From: Patescibacteria group bacterium
GTDB lineage: Bacteria > Patescibacteriota > Saccharimonadia > Saccharimonadales > CAIOMD01
Length of the DNA stretch: 64,000 nucleotides
Assembly: GCA_035510605.1 (NCBI GenBank)
Contig: DATKGW010000012.1
Coordinates: 47,895-111,894, forward strand
Reading direction: 5' to 3'
The notes beneath the pieces are model-generated. The model saw nothing but the letters and a program-made list of their open reading frames with translations. It was not told the origin of the DNA and made no database searches. Of the stretch, positions 1 to 10,232 are shown in pieces; the stretch's first letter is position 1, and each line of letters starts with the position of its first letter. A program made the position numbers and the translations under genes.

Positions 1-627
1 CAGCCTAAATATCCTAATAATTCACAAAAGGCTGTAATTGATTCGGTTTCCGGTAAATTGGCCACCAGCTGTACACCCGATTTAGCCAAGCAAACAATAA
101 CCGGTGGCGGAATTTTGTCAGAGGTACCAAGTAGCGACCCGTTATATAACAACTTTATTAAACCGGAACAGGCCCGTTACGGGGCGAGTGGCGGTGCTAT
201 ACCAACAGACAGTGATGACATACACACATGCGACCCGGCAGATTTACCAACGGTTAGTGTAACCGTAAAGCAGTTGGCCTCGCCTGGTCAATACAGCCTT
301 ACTGCAAATGTGACTCAGGGAAAAGCTCCACTAAAAACTCTTAACTTTAAAGTAGATGGGACTATACCTGATGGCGGTTCTTATGATATTTCAAATTGTA
401 CAGGTACCTGCCAGCCTATCACCTACACCTATACAGCTACCTCAAGCGGTTCACATAGTATAACCGCGGAAGTTATTGATACATACCTTTACGATGTGAC
501 CAGTGACCCACCTCAGACCATTGATGTTACGCTAGCCAGTGCTAATACACGCTCTACCAACATATTTGCAGCAACCAATTCTTTGGTAAGAAATAATAAT
601 TTAACTTTAAGCCACCGTAAGCGTTAA
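1..627 (+). CDS. C-terminal part of a probable penicillin-binding protein (class A PBP tail with Ig-like domain), 5'-truncated by the window edge
   Basis: Frame is open from base 1 (QPKYPNNSQKAVIDSVSGKLATSCTP...). The IDxxSGKLATxCTP motif and a P-T-V-S-V Ig-like beta domain are typical of CPR PBP C-termini. Catalytic domains lie outside the window. Confidence 0.6.
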   Translation, partial: QPKYPNNSQKAVIDSVSGKLATSCTPDLAKQTITGGGILSEVPSSDPLYNNFIKPEQARYGASGGAIPTDSDDIHTCDPADLPTVSVTVKQLASPGQYSLTANVTQGKAPLKTLNFKVDGTIPDGGSYDISNCTGTCQPITYTYTATSSGSHSITAEVIDTYLYDVTSDPPQTIDVTLASANTRSTNIFAATNSLVRNNNLTLSHRKR

Positions 628-628
628 T

Positions 629-1435
629 TTATTTTGTAATACGCTGGTCTCTTGTTTGTCTTAAATCTCTTCGAGGCTGTCTTTCGACAGAACGTATCCT
701 TGAGTCTCGATCGGGCTGAGCATCGCCGGTTCTATGATCCGGTGTAGTAACTTCTGATACTTTTTGAGCAAATAACATTTTACCGGCAACTGTTTGGTGA
801 GTACGGGTTACACGGACGCGCACCTTCTTACCCATATCACGGCGGGCGTTATCGATAACTATCATCGTCCCGTCTTCTAAGTAACCGACACCTTGATCTC
901 TATTCGAACCGGCCTGTAATATTTTAACTTCAAAAGTCTCGCCCGGCAGGGCAATCGGCCTTAAGGCGTGTGAAAGTTCGTTAACGTTTAAAACTCTAAC
1001 TCCTTCAATGCTAGCGACTTGGTTAAGATTAAAATCCGTAGTATATAAGTCGGCTTCGATTTTTTTAGCCAGGCGAACTAATTTATCATCAGTGTTTTTG
1101 GCCTGGACTTTAGTGCGCTCTATTTTTACATTTACCGATGGTTCTTGTTGGAGTTGCTGCACGACCTCCAGGCCGAATCGTGCCCGTTCACGCTTGTGGG
1201 CATCTGTCCCATCAGCCAAAAATTGCAGCTCGGCTATTACAAATTCCGGCACTGCTAAATCAAAGGGCATAAAACCGAGCCTGGCTAGCTCAACAATTCG
1301 CCCATCTATTAAAGCGCAACTATCAAGTAGTGCGATTCTTTCTTTTGATCTACCGACTTTCATTTGCGGCAGTTCTTTTATTAGTACTAAAATTCCTATT
1401 GCTAAAATAACAACAGTTTGAACAATTTCAAGCAT
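629..1435 (-). CDS. PIN/TRAM domain membrane protein (YacL-like)
   Basis: N-terminal TM, PIN motif LLDSCALIDGRI, TTDFNLNQVA, TRAM QGVGYLEDGTMIVI; follows radA as yacL does in Firmicutes. Confidence 0.9.
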   Translation of the reverse strand: MLEIVQTVVILAIGILVLIKELPQMKVGRSKERIALLDSCALIDGRIVELARLGFMPFDLAVPEFVIAELQFLADGTDAHKRERARFGLEVVQQLQQEPSVNVKIERTKVQAKNTDDKLVRLAKKIEADLYTTDFNLNQVASIEGVRVLNVNELSHALRPIALPGETFEVKILQAGSNRDQGVGYLEDGTMIVIDNARRDMGKKVRVRVTRTHQTVAGKMLFAQKVSEVTTPDHRTGDAQPDRDSRIRSVERQPRRDLRQTRDQRITK

Positions 1436-1461
1436 AATGAATTTCCTTTATTTAAAATAAT

Positions 1462-2820
1462 TTATTCTTTGCCAAGGAAGGTATTGAGCGCAGTGCGCAC
1501 ATCACGCATTTGGTTCAGCCAAGCCGGCGGTTTATTGCCAGCACTAACTCTGGGGCCTATTGCGGCTTTAAAGCCGAGTTTTTTGGCCTCACTCAAGCGT
1601 TTGTCTATCCATGGCACGTGTCTGATTTCGCCACTTAAGCCGACTTCCCCGAACACTACGGCGTCCTCTTTTAACTGCATGCCTTTGGCAGCTGAAGCAA
1701 TAGCCATACAAATAGCCAGATCTGCCGCCGGTTCGGTTATTTTAACTCCACCGATAATATTAATATATATATCTTTATCGGCTAATCGTAGTTTAGTGCG
1801 ACGTTCCAGCATTGCCACCAGTAAGTTGACGCGGTTCAAGTCCACGCCAGCAGCCGCCCTTTTTGGGTAGCCATAAGACGTAGTATTAACCAGCGCCTGT
1901 ACTTCTACTAAAACCGGCCTGGTACCCTCTAGAGTTGCCAACACAATCGAGCCATCACTAAGCTGCCTTTCAGCCAAAAATGCCGCCGACGGGTTGTCAA
2001 CAATTTTTAGCCCACTATCAATCATTTCCAATATGGCTGCTTCGTTGGTTGAACCAAAACGGTTCTTGATGCATCTGAGTATTCTAAACCCGCCATAACG
2101 ATCACCTTCCAATTGTAAAACTACATCAACAGCATGTTCCAAGACCTTAGGGCCGGCAATGGCTCCGTCTTTAGTAACATGACCTACTAAAAACAGAGCT
2201 GTTTTGGTCTTTTTGGCAGCGATTGTTAATAATTGAGTGCTATTAGTCACTTGGCTAACACTGCCTGGTACGCCAGCTATTTCTTCGGTAGCGATTGTTT
2301 GAATAGAATCGATAATTACCAAATCATAATCACCGGTTGCTATTGTGGCAGCAATATCATTTGCACTCGTACTGGCTGCCAGTTTAAGATTTTGGTGCAG
2401 AGTATGAAGCCGTTGGCCACGTAAACTAACTTGTTCCGGTGACTCCTCACCACTAATATATAAAACTTTAACCTTTGCCGCAGTCTGATGGGCGAGTTGC
2501 AAAAGCAAGGTGCTTTTACCGATACCAGGTTGACCGGCAATCAAAACAACGCTGCCGGGGACTACACCTCCACCCAATACTTCATCAATATCGGTTATTC
2601 CCATACTTAATCGACCGCTCGGTTTGGGAGTTTTGGCATCAAGCGTTACTGTCTGCAGTATCTTTCCGCTACTTAACGCCAAATCGGATTTGGTAGAGCT
2701 GCGAATATCAATCTGCTCTGTAATTGTGTTCCATGCGCCACAACTATTACACCGCCCTGCCCAACTGGAATGAGCAGCACCGCAAGAGCTACATACGTAA
2801 GCTATTTTTGCTTTTGCCAT
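1462..2820 (-). CDS. radA: DNA repair protein RadA/Sms
   Basis: CxxC-CxxC zinc finger, Walker A GQPGIGKST, KNRFG motif, Lon-like C-terminus. Confidence 0.97.
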   Translation of the reverse strand: MAKAKIAYVCSSCGAAHSSWAGRCNSCGAWNTITEQIDIRSSTKSDLALSSGKILQTVTLDAKTPKPSGRLSMGITDIDEVLGGGVVPGSVVLIAGQPGIGKSTLLLQLAHQTAAKVKVLYISGEESPEQVSLRGQRLHTLHQNLKLAASTSANDIAATIATGDYDLVIIDSIQTIATEEIAGVPGSVSQVTNSTQLLTIAAKKTKTALFLVGHVTKDGAIAGPKVLEHAVDVVLQLEGDRYGGFRILRCIKNRFGSTNEAAILEMIDSGLKIVDNPSAAFLAERQLSDGSIVLATLEGTRPVLVEVQALVNTTSYGYPKRAAAGVDLNRVNLLVAMLERRTKLRLADKDIYINIIGGVKITEPAADLAICMAIASAAKGMQLKEDAVVFGEVGLSGEIRHVPWIDKRLSEAKKLGFKAAIGPRVSAGNKPPAWLNQMRDVRTALNTFLGKE

Positions 2821-2837
2821 AGTAAATAGTGTACCAG

Positions 2838-3806
2838 TTATTGGTTCGAGATAGCATTAACGCGGCTATCAATACTCTCAGCCAAATTTTGCTGTTCAAT
2901 AATTACGCCATTTCTGGCTTGAACGATATTATTATATTCCACTATTAGACTTTTTATGTTCGCAACTTCAACATTGTAATTGTCTACAGCCTTATTATAA
3001 TTCGGGACTGCGGTATTGTAGACACGGGTTTGGCCACTAGCCGATAAATTATCAAGATTGGTTTTTTGGGTTGCCAACTGATCTGCCTGGGCATTAAGGT
3101 CATTTTCTTTTTGAGTAATTTGGCTTTTACGAAGTGCCAAATCGGCATCATATTTTTCTACCTGAGACCGCAAATTTTCAAATACTTGTTCATAATTTTG
3201 AGCATAGGCAACAATTTTGGCTCGGTTACTAAAGTACTTCGAATAATAAACTTCGAGGTCCGGGCCGACATTACTGACTTCCGTGCCCAAAATGGAATGC
3301 AGCTCATTTGGTACAGAACCCGGTTCTTGTTTCTGATAACTGTCAGCTAAGGCATTAATCCGAGGATCATTAAGTTTCTTATAGGCTGCCTCTACCAATG
3401 CATCGACATGAGCCCTTTCTGAAGGCCCTAGCCTATCATAGGCAGCATGCAACATTTCGTGAGCAGCCGTGACTTGTTCGATGCCATTAAGTGTCGGATC
3501 AACAATTTTATAAATATAAATATGGCTACCCGTATAACAACCCAAAACTATAGTTTGTTCAGTGCTTTTACATTCGCTATTAAATGAACTTTTATCGGAA
3601 ATTTGCGGTTTATTAACATAAAACAACCGCTTACCATAGCTACTCATGGTGTCATCGACAGCTAATTGAGCTACCGTTTGTGGGGGTTTATAGCCCCTTA
3701 AAACTATAAAATCATGGATGTTGTAGCGATTTAGCCATAGCAGTAATATGGCTCCTACAAAAATCAACAGGACAATAAGAGTTTTGGCGGCTTTTTTTAA
3801 TATCAT
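2838..3806 (-). CDS. Membrane-anchored putative zinc metallopeptidase with C-terminal coiled coil
   Basis: N-terminal TM helix, AAHEMLHAAY (HExxH), downstream NELHS, long heptad-rich C-terminus. Confidence 0.6.
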   Translation of the reverse strand: MILKKAAKTLIVLLIFVGAILLLWLNRYNIHDFIVLRGYKPPQTVAQLAVDDTMSSYGKRLFYVNKPQISDKSSFNSECKSTEQTIVLGCYTGSHIYIYKIVDPTLNGIEQVTAAHEMLHAAYDRLGPSERAHVDALVEAAYKKLNDPRINALADSYQKQEPGSVPNELHSILGTEVSNVGPDLEVYYSKYFSNRAKIVAYAQNYEQVFENLRSQVEKYDADLALRKSQITQKENDLNAQADQLATQKTNLDNLSASGQTRVYNTAVPNYNKAVDNYNVEVANIKSLIVEYNNIVQARNGVIIEQQNLAESIDSRVNAISNQ

Positions 3807-3824
3807 TGGCTGATCTTAAGTATA

Positions 3825-6302
3825 CTATTCTTTGATAATTGAAAAATCTATGCCAGACTCATTGGTGCCAACTTTAACGACATCACCATCTTTATAAGAA
3901 CCTTCCAGTAGCTCTTCGGCAATGTGGTCTTCTATAGCATCCTGGATGAGCCGGCGCATTGGCCGGACTCCGTTATGAACATCATAACCTTTTTCTAGTA
4001 ACCAACTTTTGGCTTTGGGGTTAAGATTTATACCCAGTTTCTTGCGTTGTAAGCGGGCTTGCAGTTCGGCTATTTGGACATCAATAATTTTCCGAATGTC
4101 GCTTTTCGAAAGAGCTCTAAACACAATAACCTTATCTATACGGTTGATTAATTCCGGTCTCATATATTTTTTGAGTTCAGAGCTGATTTTTTCTTTATTT
4201 TCTTCATGCAGACTGTCTAAATCTTTATTGTCTTTAACATCAACCCTAAAACCTAGGCCAGCTTCTTTTTGCAAAAGTTCGGCACCGATATTACTGGTAA
4301 GAATAATTATGGTGTTTCTAAAATCTACCCGGCGGCCTTTGGCATCGGTTAACTCGCCGTCTTCAAAAATCTGAAGCAACATATTAAAGACATCCGGATG
4401 AGCTTTCTCGATCTCATCAAACAGCACTAAACTGTAGGGTTGGCGGCGAATTTTATCAGTCAGTTGGCCACCATCGTCATAACCAACATAACCAGCCGGC
4501 GCTCCGACCAATCTGGCGACGGTATGCCGTTCACCGAATTCACTCATATCAATTTTAACCAGAGCATCTTCACGGCCGAAAAATTCGCGGGCCAAGACTC
4601 TAGCCAGTTCTGTCTTGCCTACTCCGGTAGGACCCATAAACACAAATGAGCCTATCGGGCGTTTATCGCTACCAATGCCCGAGCGGTTACGGCGGATGGC
4701 TTTGGCGACTGCAGCCACTGCCTCGCCTTGGCCAATCACATGTTTAGATAATTGCTGCTCAAGTTTAAGTAAGCTTTTAGCTTCTTGCCTGACAATTTTA
4801 CGCAAAGGGACACCGGTAGCTTGAGCGACAACTGCGGCGATATCCTCATTTGTCAATATCAAGCGCTTGTACTTGGCAGTTTTTTTAACCAACTCATCCA
4901 TCTTTTCTTGGGCAGTGCTAATTCGTTGCTTGTATTTGGCTGCCCGCTCATAATCCTCTTGATCTACTGCATCATCCCGACGCATAGTCAATAATTTTAT
5001 TTCCTTTAGCAACTGACGATATTCGGTTGGTGTTTTACCCTTATCAACTCTAAGTAAAGCTGCAGCTTCGTCTATCAGGTCAATCGCCTTATCCGGCATA
5101 AATCGATCATTAATATAACGGCCTGCAAAATAGACAGCGTCTTCTAAAACAGAATCATCAATTGTCACACTATGGAATTGTTCATAATGACTTCTAAGGC
5201 CTTTAAGGATGGCCAATGTTTCGCTGTCGGTTGTTTCGGGCACAACCACCGGTTGAAAGCGACGCTCCAAAGCTGCATCTTTCTCTATATGTTTATGATA
5301 TTCAGCCGTGGTGGTGGCGCCAATAACCTGTATTTGGCCTCGGGCTAAGGCTGGCTTTAAAATATTACCGGCATCGATGGCACCTTCAGCCGCGCCGGCA
5401 CCAACCAAAAGATGCATTTCGTCAATAAATATAATAGTTTTCTTATCAGCCAAAAGTTCTTCCATAACCTTTTTTAATCGCTCTTCGAACTCTCCGCGAT
5501 ATTTGGTACCGGCAATCATGGCCGCTAAATCTAGCATCACAATCCGTTTATCTAATAAACTATCTGGAACGTTTTCGGCAATAATCCGTTCTGCCAGTCC
5601 TTCAACTATGGCTGTTTTGCCAACACCTGGTTCGCCAATTAAAACCGGGTTATTTTTGGTGCGACGATTAAGAATTGTAATTAAGCGGCGGACAACTGCC
5701 TCACGGCCAATCACCGGATCGAGTTTGCCATTAGATGCCATATCTGTTAAATCCGTTCCAAAATACTCCAAGGCACTTTTATTGCCTCGTTTTTTTGACT
5801 TTGTAGAAGTATGTTTTACACCATCTTGCTCGCTCTCATATTGTTGTCGGTTAAGAAATTGCACAGTTTGTTCAACTAATTGATCAACATCAATATTCAT
5901 GTCTTTTAGCAAAACTGTAGCCCGGGCATTTTTTTGCATTAGCAAGCTGTATAAAATATGTTCGGTACCACACATATCCTGGCCATATTCTTGGGCACAA
6001 TCCCAGCTGAGCTTTAAAGCTAATTTAGCCGTTTCACTAAGACCTTTAGCGCCTAAATTAATGACCAGGTTTTTAGGGGTTAGATTTAGGGCTAACTGAG
6101 CTCGTTGAAAATTAACTCCGTTTTCTTCTAGTATTTTGGCAGCGACAGACGATTCTTGAGCCAAAACTCCAAGCAGTAGATGCTCGGTACCGACATAAGC
6201 CGAACCCTGAGCCCGGGCAATTTGATCAGCCGATTTCAGACTCATCAGGGCATTCTCGGTCAGATGACCTAAAAATTCTTGGAAATCAGGTGATTCAGGC
6301 AT
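3825..6302 (-). CDS. clpC: ATP-dependent Clp protease ATP-binding subunit ClpC
   Basis: Two Clp-N repeats, two AAA+ modules (GEPGVGKT; GPTGVGKT), UVR-type middle domain (DQEDYERAAKYK), LGF ClpP-docking loop. Confidence 0.93.
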   Translation of the reverse strand: MPESPDFQEFLGHLTENALMSLKSADQIARAQGSAYVGTEHLLLGVLAQESSVAAKILEENGVNFQRAQLALNLTPKNLVINLGAKGLSETAKLALKLSWDCAQEYGQDMCGTEHILYSLLMQKNARATVLLKDMNIDVDQLVEQTVQFLNRQQYESEQDGVKHTSTKSKKRGNKSALEYFGTDLTDMASNGKLDPVIGREAVVRRLITILNRRTKNNPVLIGEPGVGKTAIVEGLAERIIAENVPDSLLDKRIVMLDLAAMIAGTKYRGEFEERLKKVMEELLADKKTIIFIDEMHLLVGAGAAEGAIDAGNILKPALARGQIQVIGATTTAEYHKHIEKDAALERRFQPVVVPETTDSETLAILKGLRSHYEQFHSVTIDDSVLEDAVYFAGRYINDRFMPDKAIDLIDEAAALLRVDKGKTPTEYRQLLKEIKLLTMRRDDAVDQEDYERAAKYKQRISTAQEKMDELVKKTAKYKRLILTNEDIAAVVAQATGVPLRKIVRQEAKSLLKLEQQLSKHVIGQGEAVAAVAKAIRRNRSGIGSDKRPIGSFVFMGPTGVGKTELARVLAREFFGREDALVKIDMSEFGERHTVARLVGAPAGYVGYDDGGQLTDKIRRQPYSLVLFDEIEKAHPDVFNMLLQIFEDGELTDAKGRRVDFRNTIIILTSNIGAELLQKEAGLGFRVDVKDNKDLDSLHEENKEKISSELKKYMRPELINRIDKVIVFRALSKSDIRKIIDVQIAELQARLQRKKLGINLNPKAKSWLLEKGYDVHNGVRPMRRLIQDAIEDHIAEELLEGSYKDGDVVKVGTNESGIDFSIIKE

Positions 6303-6359
6303 GTTAATTAGTAACCCCTCTTTGATTGATTAAACGACATAGTAATAATTATAACTTAG

Positions 6360-6386
6360 TTAGCACTCGCCATGCAAGAGTGCTAA
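6360..6386. promoter_or_regulatory. CIRCE element (HrcA operator) overlapping the clpC promoter
   Basis: Perfect TTAGCACTC-gccatgcaa-GAGTGCTAA. Minus-strand promoter TTGCAT (6377-6372) -N18- TATAAT (6353-6348) has its -35 inside the element. Confidence 0.95.
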
Positions 6387-6436
6387 TTTACACCTATATA
6401 TTATATATAGATTACAGATTATGTCTGTCTAATTAA

Positions 6437-7606
6437 TTACTTAGAAATTTCTTCGCCGTGCTCTTCGATGGCTTCCAACAAACTGTTTTCTAGGTCACTT
6501 TTCTTTTTAAGCTTGGGAGCTTTGGCAGCTGGCACAACTTTGGGATTTTCAACAACTTTTTCGGCTGGTTTGCCACTTTCTATATCAAGTTCGTAACCGG
6601 TCAATTTGCTGGCTAACCGAACATTTTGGCCACTTTTACCAATGGCAATCGATAATTGATCATCAGGTACAATTACCCGGGCTTTTTTAGACTTTTCGTC
6701 TATTTCCACTCTGGTGACCTCAGTTGGGCTCAGTGCGTTAGTGATGTATTGCTTGGGTTCATCGGCCCAGACAACGATATCAATTTTCTCCTGTTCGCCA
6801 ACTTCACTCATAACTGCTTGAACGCGTGTACCATGGCCACCAACAAATGTACCTACCGGATCAACCCCCAGCACCGTGCTGCTAACAGCAACCTTACTGC
6901 GAACCCCTGCTTCACGGGCAATACCCTTGATATTGACGGCACCGTTTTCCATCTCCGGCACCTCAGATTTGAATAATTGCTCCAAGAATTCCGGGCAACC
7001 ACGGCTTATAATAAGCTGCGCACCTCTAAAACCCCTCTCGACATCTTTTAAATAAACCTTGAGACGCTGGCCGGGATAATAACGCTCCCCCTGGATTTGT
7101 TCACTGGCGGGCATTATACCCTGGGCTTTATTTAGCTCCATTCTTGTTAAGCGGCCTTCCACACGGGTAACGGTACCGGCTACAACCGTATGGATTTTAT
7201 CTTCAAACTCGGCCATAACAATTTCACGTTCCGCTTCACGCAAACGCTGCAAGATAACTTGTTTGGCGGTTTGGGCAGCTACCCGTCCAAAACTTTCAAC
7301 TTTTTCTTCGACTTCGACAGTTTCACCAATAACGGCATCCTTATTTATTTCTTTAGCCCTTTTTAAATCAATCTGAGTCTGGGCGTTTTCAACCTTACCC
7401 ACCACCTCTTTGGTAATATATACAAATACTGTACCGGTATTAACATTAATCCGAGCCCGGACTTCTTGCTCACGGTCACCATAATCACGGCGCCAAGCTG
7501 CCGCCAAGGCTTGCTCGACTGTTTCTTGAACAACTTCTTCCGGTAAATTTTTTTCTTCGGCGATAGCTTTGACCGCCATAACCAATTGTTTTGTTTCTAA
7601 TTCCAT
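6437..7606 (-). CDS. nusA: Transcription termination factor NusA
   Basis: FGRVAAQTAKQV, S1 and KH domains, AREAGVRSKVAV, AIGKSGQNVRLASKLTG. Confidence 0.97.
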   Translation of the reverse strand: MELETKQLVMAVKAIAEEKNLPEEVVQETVEQALAAAWRRDYGDREQEVRARINVNTGTVFVYITKEVVGKVENAQTQIDLKRAKEINKDAVIGETVEVEEKVESFGRVAAQTAKQVILQRLREAEREIVMAEFEDKIHTVVAGTVTRVEGRLTRMELNKAQGIMPASEQIQGERYYPGQRLKVYLKDVERGFRGAQLIISRGCPEFLEQLFKSEVPEMENGAVNIKGIAREAGVRSKVAVSSTVLGVDPVGTFVGGHGTRVQAVMSEVGEQEKIDIVVWADEPKQYITNALSPTEVTRVEIDEKSKKARVIVPDDQLSIAIGKSGQNVRLASKLTGYELDIESGKPAEKVVENPKVVPAAKAPKLKKKSDLENSLLEAIEEHGEEISK

Positions 7607-7638
7607 TGATGTCTCCTGTTGTATTAGCTAAAGGCATG

Positions 7639-7666
7639 AAAAAATCCGACCATATTGGCCGGACTT
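7639..7666 (-). terminator. Intrinsic terminator-like hairpin in the nusA 5' leader (candidate attenuator)
   Basis: Minus strand AAGTCCGGCCA-ATA-TGGTCGGATTT, ending in a T6 run about 30 nt upstream of the nusA ATG. Confidence 0.65.
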
Positions 7667-7730
7667 GAGCTATATAAATGTTATCATACTTATTGAAATA
7701 ATCAAATATTTAAAGTGATAGGATCTACTG

Positions 7731-10232
7731 ATGTCAAAAGTCTTGCGTCTTTACCAATACTTCGAACCCGGCCGTTACGAATTAAAATTATCAACCGATA
7801 AAAAGGCTCTCTGTTTTGGTGGATCAGTCTTAATCAGTGGAAGACTTAAGGTTAATTCAAACAGACTTCTTCTGCATTCCAAAGATTTGCAAATTGGTTC
7901 AATCAAGGTTGATGACATTCCCTGTACTTTTAAACTGAATCCTTCCAAAGATGAACTTAATATTATGCTGCCAGATATTACGAGTAATGATTTACAAGTA
8001 CAGATTGAATTTAACGGTAAAATTACCAAACCGATGAATGGGCTTTATCCTTGCTATGGCCGAAATGGCGAAATCATTTTAGCAACCCAGTTCGAAAGCC
8101 ATCATGCCCGTGAAGTATTCCCCTGTATAGATGAGCCGGAAGCTAAAGCCGTGTTTTCGCTGAGTTTGATAACACCGCCTGATGAAGTTGTATTAGCCAA
8201 CACCTTACCAAAAACAACATTAAAAAATAGCCACTCGACCACTACGACGTTTGAAAATACGCCAAAAATGTCTACATACCTGCTGGCCTTTGTAATCGGG
8301 AAGCTGGATAATTTGCAAGCGATAACCAGTGATGGTGTCTTGGTGCGAACCTGGAGTACTTCATACCAAGTCAAAAATACCCGTTTTGCGCTCGATGTAG
8401 CCGTTAAATCTTTGGAATTTTTTAATAATTATTTTGAAATTCCCTACCCGCTTAAAAAATGTGACCTCGTAGCTTTACCAGATTTTGCGGCCGGTGCCAT
8501 GGAAAATTGGGGCTGCCTGACCTTTCGCGAAACAGCCATGCTGGTTGACCCAAAAAATACCAGCCTTGATGTCAAACAATTTGCAGCTATGACAATAGTC
8601 CACGAAGTCGCCCACCAATGGTTTGGTAATTTAGTCACTATGAAATGGTGGGATGATTTATGGTTAAATGAAGGTTTCGCCAGTTGGATTGAATTTATGG
8701 CCGTAGATAAGCTCTTTCCAGAATGGCATATGTGGACACAGTTTTTGTCAATTGAGCAACAGGCAGCTCTGCGCCTTGACGCACTAAAAAATACTCACCC
8801 CATAGAGGCATCCATTAATGATCCGGAAGAGATTAGAACTTTATTTGACAGTATCAGTTATTCCAAAGGAGCCAGCATTATCCATATGCTACATGAATAT
8901 TTAGGCAAAAATGACTTCAGGTTGGGGTTAGTCCACTATCTAAAAAAGCACAGTTATGGCTGCACTGACACGGTGGATTTATGGAAAGCCTTGCACGAAA
9001 CCAGCCACAAAAATGTTGAAGCATTTATGGGAAAATGGACAACACAACCGGGATTCCCGCTAGTTAGCATAGAGCCAAAAGATGGCAAGTTATTGTTTTC
9101 ACAGCGTATATTTTTAGAAAAAAGCCTACCTTACAAAAACGAATTATGGCCTATCCCATTACTCTCTTCAGCTCTTAACATAACTACTTTCGATCAATCG
9201 ACACTAGAAACCAATCTACCTAAAGATATGTCTAATTTCAAGATAAACGTTGGTCAATCAGGTTTCTTTATAACTAAATACTGGCCAGATCACTATTTAA
9301 AATTAGGCCAAAGAGTTAAATCAGGCAAAATGCCGGAAGCCGATCGAATTGGTATATTGGCAGATATGCTGGCTTTGACCAGAAACGGCTATCTCCCTGT
9401 CGTGAAGCTTGTCTCTATGCTAAATAATTTTGCCAATGAGACCAGCTCGGCCGTTTGGGACATAATAGCTATGGTACTGGGTGATGTGAGACACGTTATG
9501 GGCGAAAAAATTGTGGAAGCCATTAAACCGCTGGCTCGCGAAATCTCAAATACTCAAGTTATACGACTAGGATGGGAAGAAAAGGATAGTGAAAACTACT
9601 TTGATAAATTATTACGCCCTGTAGTTTTGGCTACTTCCGCCAGTGGTGATGATTCAGCAGTAATAACTAAAGCTACGGATATCTATAAACACGCCAAAAT
9701 TGTTGAGGATATCTCATCTAATTTGCGAAGCATGGTGTTGGCATGCGTTTCAAAGCGCGGAGACAAAGCAGATTTCGACCGTATGTTAGAGCTCTATCAT
9801 TTGGCAACTTCCCCCGAAGACAAAGTCACCTTGGCTCACGCCTTGACTAACTTTAGAAAATTACCGGAGATTAAACGAGCTTTGTCTTTAATTAAGTCCG
9901 AACATGTCAGATTGCAAGACGTAAGTTACTGGATTGCTTTCGCATTTGCCAATCCGATGGCCAAAAATCTAACCTGGGAATGGCTAAAAGACAATTGGTT
10001 TTGGCTAAAAGACAATATGGAAAATGATATGAGTTATCCGCGATTACCGATGTATGTCGCGCGGGCTTTTTCTGATAAGTCGTTCATCATGCAGTACTCT
10101 GCATTCTTCCATAAAGTTTATGAACCCGCTTTGGATAGAGCCATTAAACAAGGTCTAGAAACAATTAAAATGCAAGCTGCCTGGCGAAAACGTGACGAAG
10201 AAGCACTGCTTAATTGGTTGTCCAACCGCTAA
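7731..10232 (+). CDS. pepN: M1 family aminopeptidase (PepN / puromycin-sensitive type)
   Basis: ATQFE, GAMENWG, HEVAHQW-x18-E (WLNEGFA), YSKG, ERAP1-like C-terminal domain. Confidence 0.93.
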   Translation: MSKVLRLYQYFEPGRYELKLSTDKKALCFGGSVLISGRLKVNSNRLLLHSKDLQIGSIKVDDIPCTFKLNPSKDELNIMLPDITSNDLQVQIEFNGKITKPMNGLYPCYGRNGEIILATQFESHHAREVFPCIDEPEAKAVFSLSLITPPDEVVLANTLPKTTLKNSHSTTTTFENTPKMSTYLLAFVIGKLDNLQAITSDGVLVRTWSTSYQVKNTRFALDVAVKSLEFFNNYFEIPYPLKKCDLVALPDFAAGAMENWGCLTFRETAMLVDPKNTSLDVKQFAAMTIVHEVAHQWFGNLVTMKWWDDLWLNEGFASWIEFMAVDKLFPEWHMWTQFLSIEQQAALRLDALKNTHPIEASINDPEEIRTLFDSISYSKGASIIHMLHEYLGKNDFRLGLVHYLKKHSYGCTDTVDLWKALHETSHKNVEAFMGKWTTQPGFPLVSIEPKDGKLLFSQRIFLEKSLPYKNELWPIPLLSSALNITTFDQSTLETNLPKDMSNFKINVGQSGFFITKYWPDHYLKLGQRVKSGKMPEADRIGILADMLALTRNGYLPVVKLVSMLNNFANETSSAVWDIIAMVLGDVRHVMGEKIVEAIKPLAREISNTQVIRLGWEEKDSENYFDKLLRPVVLATSASGDDSAVITKATDIYKHAKIVEDISSNLRSMVLACVSKRGDKADFDRMLELYHLATSPEDKVTLAHALTNFRKLPEIKRALSLIKSEHVRLQDVSYWIAFAFANPMAKNLTWEWLKDNWFWLKDNMENDMSYPRLPMYVARAFSDKSFIMQYSAFFHKVYEPALDRAIKQGLETIKMQAAWRKRDEEALLNWLSNR

